DNA from: a virus | DNA length: 45,689 nucleotides | Virus genome (UHGV): UHGV-0116669 | Strand: one strand, 5' to 3' | Shown: positions 39,105 through 45,689 of the stretch, piece by piece | Layout: each line of letters begins with the position of its first letter | Position numbering within the stretch: position 1 is the first letter of the stretch | Program-made: the position numbers and the translations under genes | Notes under the pieces: generated by a model | The model's input: the letters and a program-made list of their open reading frames with translations, nothing else | Database searches by the model: none | What the model was told of the DNA's origin: nothing

Positions 39105-40130
39105 TTGAATAATTCAGCCATGCCACTGCGTCTGACGGTGGTCTTTGCCGCGTCTGGCGATCGTAACAGCATTCCTACCGACGCCACCACCGAAACACTG
39201 AATGGGGGAAAGGCATCATTCGATGTTGGCTTCCCCCCAATCACCAGAGTCGCTCTCTCATCAGGCGGGAAACCACCTCAAGGTCAGGATTTTAACGGTA
39301 TATTCTATGAGTCTTTTTTGAGGCACCAGTGGAATCAGGCTGGGGGTGGATATCCATTTGATTCGGCTTATGCAACCGCTATTGGCGGTTACCCAAAAGG
39401 GGCCGTTGTTCCATTTAGCACTCTCGACGGTCTTTGGCTGAACACCCTCAATAGCAACAATGGGACACCTGAAAATACAGGTGGTGGCGCATCAGGGTGG
39501 GTCCCTTTGTCAAGTTATGGTATTTCGTCAATAACTGCATCCGGATCTGCAAATATCACGCTGACTGCCTTGCAGGCATCACGTCCAGAAATAGTTATCA
39601 GCGGAGTGCTAACTGGGAATATTTATTTGTATTTCCCTCCGTGGATTAAAGAATGGAAGGTCACAAATAATACCTCTGGTGGATTTAATGTCGTTTGCAA
39701 AACAATTGGCGGGAGCAATACGGCAACATTATATCCTGCAGGGCGGGGACATATTCACTGCGATGGAACGAATGTTTATTTCGTAGATGCTACCAGTGGC
39801 CCCGGGCAGTCCGGAGGGTTACTTTTTGGGAATGGTGCTCGTCTTGCCTGGGGTTATACGGATGCCAATTGCAATGTTGCTGGGGCCGATGGTGAATACG
39901 AAACGGATAACATTTTTGTTACCCCAACGTTTACAACCAGCGACGGGGTATTTGGATTTAATACCATCTGTTCGGTAAAAGTGATGCCGGTTGATATTTC
40001 TGGGGTCGGACAGAATGAACGCTCATGGCTTATGGACTCGACGTTTTCAGGAAATGGTTTTTCATTTCGTTCTGCATGCAAGACGCAGAACGCAACCATT
40101 AGAACTCGCTGGGAAGTAATAGGATTCTGA
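39105..40130 (+). CDS. tail fiber protein
   Basis: N-terminal LNGGKASFDVGFPPITRVALSSGGKPPQGQDFNGIFYESFLRHQWNQAGG is a typical fiber N-terminal attachment domain; AT-richer than neighbours. Confidence 0.65.
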   Translation: MNNSAMPLRLTVVFAASGDRNSIPTDATTETLNGGKASFDVGFPPITRVALSSGGKPPQGQDFNGIFYESFLRHQWNQAGGGYPFDSAYATAIGGYPKGAVVPFSTLDGLWLNTLNSNNGTPENTGGGASGWVPLSSYGISSITASGSANITLTALQASRPEIVISGVLTGNIYLYFPPWIKEWKVTNNTSGGFNVVCKTIGGSNTATLYPAGRGHIHCDGTNVYFVDATSGPGQSGGLLFGNGARLAWGYTDANCNVAGADGEYETDNIFVTPTFTTSDGVFGFNTICSVKVMPVDISGVGQNERSWLMDSTFSGNGFSFRSACKTQNATIRTRWEVIGF

Positions 40131-40131
40131 T

Positions 40132-42558
40132 ATGGCAACTACAGACACCCAACAGGCCGCGCAATTTTCTGCTGAGGCAGCAGTTAGTGCTGCCGAAGCA
40201 AAACAATATTTAATTGAAGCTCAGCAGGGATACCAGGACACAAGCGAAGCCGCGCAGGAAGCGAAAAATGCAGCTGAATCAGCTTCGTCATCGGAACAAA
40301 ATGCAGCTACCTCAGAAGCTAATGCGTTACAGTCAGCTACAGAGGCTAGCGCAGCAAGGGACGAGGCTGTGGTTGCAGCATCAACCGCGTCAGAATTCGG
40401 CGACAATAAATTCACTTTCTACAAAACCTCAAGTGACCCGGATGGAACGATAGCGGGTCTGGCAGCTACAACCAATGGGCAGTCGTTTCGTGTAGCTCAG
40501 GGTGTAGATGGAACTGATGCTTTCATTACCTACCAGAACGACAATGGCGTGGCTGTGGCTCAAGCCGCACAGCCTGGGACTGCAGCTATCACTGGTACAG
40601 TGAGGGAATATTCTACACTCTCGCTTGCTGAAAACGATGTTGCGGCTGGGAATATTCTTGATGGTTCAAAATGCTGGGTCGCAAATGATAATCTCGTTCT
40701 CTCCGATGAATATATCAATAACGGTGGGACGTTAGAGAAAACAGGCAGGACGGCAACATCTAAAGAATATATTGATAATTTAATTTATCTGGAAGTTGCC
40801 AGGATAATGGCGTCTGGAGCAGCGCAAACTGCCAGTATTTATCCCGATATTGCACAATTAACTCTGGACGAAGTAGGTCACGCAACATACAGGCGCTTGT
40901 CAGATGGAACCAGCCAATTTCCTGCTCTGATGGTTGGCGCTGAGATTGAGTTTGTGCAACTGGAAGGCGGTGGATTTGTCTGTCAAAGGCGTGCCACTGG
41001 CGAAGAAATATTTAATATTTCTTCGCTGGGTTACATTACTAATGGAAACCTGACTTCGTGGTTTACAGATGATGAAAGTATCAGTGACTATTCTGAAATT
41101 CACATGGATCCACAGGGCCGGATTTACCGAAGGGTGCGCAGGGATGGTACCGTTGAGCAGGTGGGCGATGACACACCTGATGATGACGCCTCTGAATTCC
41201 CAATGGTTGCTTCAGTAGATGGAAATATCATTGCGGTAGATGGCAGCGATGTAACTCAGATCACGAACGACTCCGGAGTTTCAAATATTGCGCCAGTGGC
41301 ATATGCGGAATTTTTGCGTTATTTGTCGAATGTCAGCGGCAACTACATCACTTATCGATCCACTTATGACGGGAATTACCGGGCGCGAGAGTCATTGCGC
41401 TTTCTTGTACACCTGATTATAACTGGCCAGTCTCTTGCTGCAGGCGGCTCAACGCAAGCACAAAGCCCTGTAACGACAACAGCGCAGGCAGATTACGGCA
41501 TACTCTCGTTTGAGACCGGCCCGAAAGTCGATTTTAAGTATGACACGCTGAATGAATCGCTCCTTGAGGCTGTCATCCCATGCCGGGAGAATGCTGGGAC
41601 GCGACCTGGACAGGAGTCGCCATCAAGCGGTATGGCGTTTAAAATTCATGATCTCACCGGGCATACGGTTCTGGTTTCCGATGCGTGCTCATCCGGTACT
41701 GCAATTGCCGACATTTCATCCGGTTCAGCGACTTTTACCGGTGCAACGAAAATGATTCAGTCAGCTGTAGCCATGGCTGAAAAGCTGGGTATGCAGTATG
41801 TTCCCGTAATGGTGCTTATTCACGGTAATCAGAATGCAGCAGCAGGCACATCTATATCCAGTTATCGCGCCGCAATGGAGACTCTCCGTGCTCAGTATGA
41901 GTCTGTCATTAACGCGGCAACAGGAAAAAGACAGTCGCTTCACATGTTTGTCGGCCAGCTATCTAATACCATTCCATACGGCGGAACTGCCGGCACGACC
42001 AAAACCAATAACATCGGTATTGCACAGTACCAGGAGGCCCGTGATAACGCATTAATCCATCTTGCCAGCGCACAGTATGCCCGCCCGTATTCAGACGGTG
42101 AGCATCTGACCAGCGCAGGGTATCGGACAGAAGGCGAAGTTATTGGCGCGGTGGTTGGTGGGTGGCTGAATGACAATACAAAATCCTCTCTCGCGCCGAT
42201 AGAGTCTGGTGTTGTGCAGTCCGGAACCACAATCACTATTCCAGTGGCGGGTTGTGTTGGTGATCTCGTGATTGACACCTCGAGGGTTACCGATCCAGGC
42301 AACTACGGCTTTGTCCTGACCGGGGCCACTATTGCTTCGGTAGCCGTTAGCGGAAGCGGAACAACAGCAAAAATAGTTATCACCAAGACCGATTCTACCA
42401 CTGCGACATTGATATCTTATGCAAGCCAGGGGATTGCCGGACAAAACCCCGGGCCTGTAACTGGTTCACGCGGGTGTATCAGAGATTCCCAAACAGGGAC
42501 GTCACTATCAGGCCTGCCTCTCTATAACGACCTTTGCGTTTTCTCCATTCAGCTTTAA
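40132..42558 (+). CDS. large tail fiber / tail spike with a C-terminal SGNH/GDSL-type esterase-like domain
   Basis: 808 aa; N-terminal Ala/Ser/Glu repeat rod; RFLVHLIITGQSLAAGGS (GQSxxxG esterase motif block) in the C-terminal half. Confidence 0.6.
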   Translation: MATTDTQQAAQFSAEAAVSAAEAKQYLIEAQQGYQDTSEAAQEAKNAAESASSSEQNAATSEANALQSATEASAARDEAVVAASTASEFGDNKFTFYKTSSDPDGTIAGLAATTNGQSFRVAQGVDGTDAFITYQNDNGVAVAQAAQPGTAAITGTVREYSTLSLAENDVAAGNILDGSKCWVANDNLVLSDEYINNGGTLEKTGRTATSKEYIDNLIYLEVARIMASGAAQTASIYPDIAQLTLDEVGHATYRRLSDGTSQFPALMVGAEIEFVQLEGGGFVCQRRATGEEIFNISSLGYITNGNLTSWFTDDESISDYSEIHMDPQGRIYRRVRRDGTVEQVGDDTPDDDASEFPMVASVDGNIIAVDGSDVTQITNDSGVSNIAPVAYAEFLRYLSNVSGNYITYRSTYDGNYRARESLRFLVHLIITGQSLAAGGSTQAQSPVTTTAQADYGILSFETGPKVDFKYDTLNESLLEAVIPCRENAGTRPGQESPSSGMAFKIHDLTGHTVLVSDACSSGTAIADISSGSATFTGATKMIQSAVAMAEKLGMQYVPVMVLIHGNQNAAAGTSISSYRAAMETLRAQYESVINAATGKRQSLHMFVGQLSNTIPYGGTAGTTKTNNIGIAQYQEARDNALIHLASAQYARPYSDGEHLTSAGYRTEGEVIGAVVGGWLNDNTKSSLAPIESGVVQSGTTITIPVAGCVGDLVIDTSRVTDPGNYGFVLTGATIASVAVSGSGTTAKIVITKTDSTTATLISYASQGIAGQNPGPVTGSRGCIRDSQTGTSLSGLPLYNDLCVFSIQL

Positions 42559-42571
42559 AGGACTGTAAATC

Positions 42572-43324
42572 ATGACTACCCGATTTTATGTTGATAACGG
42601 TGTGACAGCCACGCGTTACCTTGACACTTACCCTTATCCAAACGACATCACCCAACTTCCGGCCTTAATACCGGGGATTATCCTGCAGGCTGATTTTGAC
42701 GTAAACGACACTGCATCATTAACCCGAAACCGGGTTGGGGCTGCCATGTCCGTTGTTGGCTCTCCTGCTCTGGGTGATTACGGAGTCAGCCTTACTGAGG
42801 CTAACCACCTTGATACGAACATCGACATAGCAGCATATAACGGCAGCGATCTGACAATGGTGACAATAGCCGTCCATCCAGGGGTAATTGGTGCTGTTGT
42901 GGGCCGGGTGCAGATGAACGCGCCACAGCGTACTCGTGGCACACAAACTACGGCTACAGCGTGGAGAGCTAAATGGTTGACAGCAGCAGGTGCAGCGCAA
43001 CAGGCCGACCTCATACCGTCTAGTGCCGCAACCGATGGCGAAATGGCAGTCAGTCGGTTTGTGCGAAACAACGGTAGCGGATCAATGCTGACTAAGCTTG
43101 ATCTGCCACGCACATCACAGTCAGCAACCGGCACCGCAGCGACGACTCCTTATGCTGTACCTTCGTCAAAAATTCTGCTGGGCGGTTCTGTCGAGGGAGC
43201 CACGACTGCCACTATCTTCATGCGGGCATGCCTGATTGTATCCAGGGCAATAACGGATGCTGAAATGGCGACTATTTACACCTGTTACAAAAACTACTAT
43301 CAGCTGAAAGGCAAAAACATTTAA
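42572..43324 (+). CDS. hypothetical tail-associated protein
   Basis: 250-aa ORF after the fiber genes. Confidence 0.4.
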   Translation: MTTRFYVDNGVTATRYLDTYPYPNDITQLPALIPGIILQADFDVNDTASLTRNRVGAAMSVVGSPALGDYGVSLTEANHLDTNIDIAAYNGSDLTMVTIAVHPGVIGAVVGRVQMNAPQRTRGTQTTATAWRAKWLTAAGAAQQADLIPSSAATDGEMAVSRFVRNNGSGSMLTKLDLPRTSQSATGTAATTPYAVPSSKILLGGSVEGATTATIFMRACLIVSRAITDAEMATIYTCYKNYYQLKGKNI

Positions 43325-43333
43325 GGAGTGCAT

Positions 43334-43528
43334 ATGGCTGGCTATATTGCGGATTATCAGGCGACAAAAAACGGTGAGGTAATTTATTCAGGAACGCTTG
43401 CTGTTGAATCAGAAGGAAATGATGCAGCGATAAAAGAAGCAGTGATGGCGGAGCTGAATGCAATAAATATGAAATTTGGTGGTGGAATACCTGATTCTGT
43501 CACAGTAAATTCATGGTCTGCTGAATAA
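43334..43528 (+). CDS. small hypothetical protein (64 aa)
   Basis: AAGGAG RBS 5 nt upstream of the ATG. Confidence 0.4.
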   Translation: MAGYIADYQATKNGEVIYSGTLAVESEGNDAAIKEAVMAELNAINMKFGGGIPDSVTVNSWSAE

Positions 43529-43573
43529 TCAAAACGTTAGCACAGAAGTGTGAATTGATAGTCATGAGCTATA

Positions 43574-43616
43574 TTGATCTTCTCTCTCCATAAAACTACT
43601 GTATATAAAAACAGTA
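43574..43616 (+). promoter_or_regulatory. SOS-regulated promoter: -35 TTGATC (43574-43579) and LexA box TACTGTATATAAAAACAGTA (43597-43616) overlapping the -10
   Basis: Perfect CTGT-N8-ACAG with an AT-rich spacer; strong GGAGGG RBS, then ATG at 43635. Confidence 0.7.
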
Positions 43617-43634
43617 TTTATCGGAGGGCAGATC

Positions 43635-43874
43635 ATGCTTCGACAGTCAGACATCGCCGCGGCTTTCCGCGAGTCGGTATTGCGCAACGCCAAAGGCTAC
43701 CAGTACCTGTACACCCGAGACTTCGTTACCGCGCTGCGCCGGCGCGGCATCCATTTTTCCGAGGTGGAAGCGAACTCCTGGATCGCGCGCGAGCAAACGT
43801 ATTTCGTCGATAAGACGCCGGACCATAGCGAAAACAGGCTGTGGATGATGGCCAACATGGGGAGGGTGATCTAA
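43635..43874 (+). CDS. LexA-controlled small protein of unknown function (79 aa), possibly antirepressor-like
   Basis: First gene after the LexA box; stop overlaps the start of the next gene (TAATG). Confidence 0.5.
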   Translation: MLRQSDIAAAFRESVLRNAKGYQYLYTRDFVTALRRRGIHFSEVEANSWIAREQTYFVDKTPDHSENRLWMMANMGRVI

Positions 43875-44191
43875 TGGGCTTTCCTTCGCCGGCGTCAGAC
43901 TACGTCGAGCAGCGTCTGTCTGTTAACTCGATCTGCAATGTAGGTCCAAACACGCTAGTTTTCGAGCGGTCTGGCGGTTACGTTGTGTTGGATATCTCCC
44001 TGAAACCAAGGCAGGGTAGTCAGGTTCTGATCCAGCACGGCGGCGGGACGGAACTTGCCACGTTGAGAGGGCGGTCGCTGATAACCGAAGATGGCGAAGC
44101 AATTGAAGGTGAGGCCTTGGATGATGTCACTGTCGCAGGCGTCGTGACGCACATCATTTGTGATGTGCGAAGCGATAGCCTGGCGGTTTAA
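43874..44191 (+). CDS. UmuD'-like protein, pre-truncated and lacking the S24 catalytic Ser
   Basis: Begins MGFPSPASDYVEQR, aligning to UmuD immediately after its Cys24-Gly25 cleavage site; C-terminal VAGVVTHIICDV aligns to the UmuD C-terminus (VFGVVIHVVKAM); SGDSM is replaced by SGGYV. Confidence 0.55.
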   Translation: MGFPSPASDYVEQRLSVNSICNVGPNTLVFERSGGYVVLDISLKPRQGSQVLIQHGGGTELATLRGRSLITEDGEAIEGEALDDVTVAGVVTHIICDVRSDSLAV

Positions 44192-44365
44192 CAATGAAAA
44201 AGTGGTGCGCACCGTAACTACAACAAGTATGTCCGCAGTTATGGTGCGATACCTTGCGGATTGAGTAAACGGCCAGTGTTCATTTCTGGATATCTGCTCG
44301 CAGATTTTGGCATCTAAGGAGGTGGCGCAGATGGAACCTGACCCTGGAAGAGTTCGCGTAATGGC

Positions 44366-45526
44366 TTACTGGACTGCACGACCATCGATGTAATCAGCCC
44401 ACCACTGCATCATCTCTCTGCGTTTATCCAGATACTGAGCATGGTTGTAAATTCCGCGTATTGACCCGCTGGCGGTGTGCGCGAGTTGTTTTTCAATCGC
44501 GTCCGCTGGCCAGCCATGCTCATTCATTATTGTGCTGAACTGGTGGCGGAATCCATGCCCGCTCGCCAGCCCCTCATAGCCAATCTGTCGAATAACTAAT
44601 AATACGGCATTTTCGCTGATGGGCTTTTTCTTATCATTCCGCCCGGCGAATACAAAAGAGGAAACAGGGCTTGTGATCGGTTTGAGAGTATTCAGGAGAT
44701 TTATTACCTGATCTGACATCGGAACCACATGAACGCGGCGCCCTTTCATTACCTCTTCGTCGATGGTTATCATCCTGTTTTCAAAGTCGACGTTTTCCCA
44801 TTGCATAGAACGGAGTTCTTTTGTACGCAGCGCAGTATATTGCAAAACCTGTGTGGCAATTTTCGAAATAATACTTCCGGAAAAGCCAGATAGCGCGTTA
44901 TTGAATGCTGGTATCTGATCTGCAGGAAGGAAAGGGTAGTTTTTCTTTCTATATCCCTTCATGGCATCAGCAAGGTCAGGAGCCGGATTATATTTGGCCC
45001 TTCCTGTAACGATCGCATACCTGAATACCTCGCCACATCTTCTTCTGGCTTTATTTGCCCTCTCCATTGCCCCACGTTCTTCAAACCTCCGGATCACCTC
45101 CAGTATCTGCATCGGCTCAATGTCCTGTATTTCCAGATATCCGATCATTGGCAGAATATCGTCACGGAACATGCGAGAAAGTTCATCCGCATATCCTTCT
45201 GACCAAACCTGCCGCTTATGGTCGTACCATTCATGATAAATAGCTGAAAATGAATTGTCCTTCACAGACAACTTTTTGGCCTTAACCGGATCGACCCCGA
45301 CAGAAACATCCTTCCTTGCAGTCCACGCTTTATCCCTGGCTTCCTGCAATGACATGAGAGGGTATTTGCCCACAGTCAGCACCTTCTCTTTGCCGTCGAG
45401 CTTATAGCGCAATTGCCACACCTTTTTGCCAGAGACCGGAACGTACAGGTACAGGCCATTGCTGTCGAGCATTCGGTAGGGTTTGTCTTTAGGCTTGGCG
45501 GCCTCTATCTGCTTAACAGTGAGCAT
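44366..45526 (-). CDS. int: tyrosine integrase, P4/CP4-57 type
   Basis: N-terminal MLTVKQIEAAKPKDKPYRMLDSNGLYLYV arm-binding (DUF4102-type) domain; C-terminal catalytic region with R..HxxR..Y. Confidence 0.9.
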   Translation of the reverse strand: MLTVKQIEAAKPKDKPYRMLDSNGLYLYVPVSGKKVWQLRYKLDGKEKVLTVGKYPLMSLQEARDKAWTARKDVSVGVDPVKAKKLSVKDNSFSAIYHEWYDHKRQVWSEGYADELSRMFRDDILPMIGYLEIQDIEPMQILEVIRRFEERGAMERANKARRRCGEVFRYAIVTGRAKYNPAPDLADAMKGYRKKNYPFLPADQIPAFNNALSGFSGSIISKIATQVLQYTALRTKELRSMQWENVDFENRMITIDEEVMKGRRVHVVPMSDQVINLLNTLKPITSPVSSFVFAGRNDKKKPISENAVLLVIRQIGYEGLASGHGFRHQFSTIMNEHGWPADAIEKQLAHTASGSIRGIYNHAQYLDKRREMMQWWADYIDGRAVQ

Positions 45527-45552
45527 GGGTAAAATTCCGGTGGGTAAAGTTG

Positions 45553-45572
45553 TTTTACTCGTTTTTTACCCG
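45553..45572. repeat. direct repeat TTTTACTCGTT(T)TTTTACCC, matching 73-92 at the left end of the window
   Basis: 11-bp exact core plus about 8 flanking matches; partner TTTTACTCGTTACTTTACCC at 73-92. Confidence 0.5.
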
Positions 45573-45643
45573 CCAAAAGGCGCGGTTGTCAACGGTCTTA
45601 GGCGAACTACCGCGAACAGAGATTTCATGAGAGGCTTGATACT

Positions 45644-45683
45644 GGCGGGATTCGGCGGACTATGGCGGATTGCGGCGAACTCT
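45644..45683. repeat. four tandem imperfect 10-bp repeats GGCG(G/A)NYTNY upstream of int; candidate integrase arm-type sites
   Basis: tGGCGGGATTC / GGCGGACTAT / GGCGGATTGC / GGCGAACTCT in helical-turn phasing. Confidence 0.4.
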
Positions 45684-45689
45684 AAACAA

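Noticed and set aside
44192-44365. Search for a tRNA or tmRNA 3'-end att core immediately downstream of the P4-type integrase
   Set aside because: No T-arm/acceptor-CCA-like sequence is recognisable here. The att core therefore remains unassigned (see the terminal-repeat finding).

Overview
The 45.7-kb window reads as one near-complete temperate phage or prophage with a lambdoid regulatory layout and a Mu-like contractile tail. GC content and codon usage suggest an Enterobacteriaceae host. No obvious host genes flank it. Several coordinates below were computed by hand from the sequence and should be re-checked.

Layout, left to right:
- Leftward early operon on the minus strand (87-5258): AlpA-like excisionase/regulator, TraR/DksA zinc finger, ASCH protein, MT-A70 methyltransferase, YqaJ exonuclease plus RecT, and a 36-aa hydrophobic kil-like peptide. 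It is driven by a candidate pL with a perfect palindromic operator.
- Immunity region: a cI-like HTH/S24 repressor (5606-6283, minus strand), a tripartite OR operator set, then Cro-like and CII-like genes.
- Replication: an O-like initiator with internal iterons and an AT-rich ori, and a DnaB-family helicase.
- A nin-like region: NinB, NinE, a lambda-type Ser/Thr phosphatase and NinG, plus a small DPPH methyltransferase and a DUF551 protein.
- Antiterminator Q with a candidate pR'/tR', followed by two tRNA genes (Thr-UGU, Arg-UCU).
- A phage-21-type lysis cassette: dual-start pinholin, SAR endolysin, and overlapping Rz/Rz1 spanins.
- Late genes: an HExxH metallopeptidase-like protein, Sf6-like TerS, TerL, portal, MuF-like protein, scaffold with an acidic repeat, capsid and connector genes.
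- A contractile-tail module: sheath, tube, a frameshifted tail assembly chaperone, a tape measure with a C-terminal lytic transglycosylase domain, baseplate genes, a fiber, and an 808-aa tail spike with a C-terminal SGNH-esterase-like domain.
- Morons inside the tail cluster: a Rha gene with its own terminators, and a low-GC signal-peptide protein.
- At the right end: a perfect LexA box controlling a two-gene operon (a 79-aa protein plus a pre-truncated, catalytically dead UmuD'-like protein), then a P4-type tyrosine integrase.

The AlpA-like gene at the left end and the integrase at the right end would be adjacent, in xis-then-int order, if the window were circular. A roughly 20-bp direct repeat sits at both window ends, and 10-bp tandem repeats follow the integrase gene. 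These may be att-site or arm-site features.
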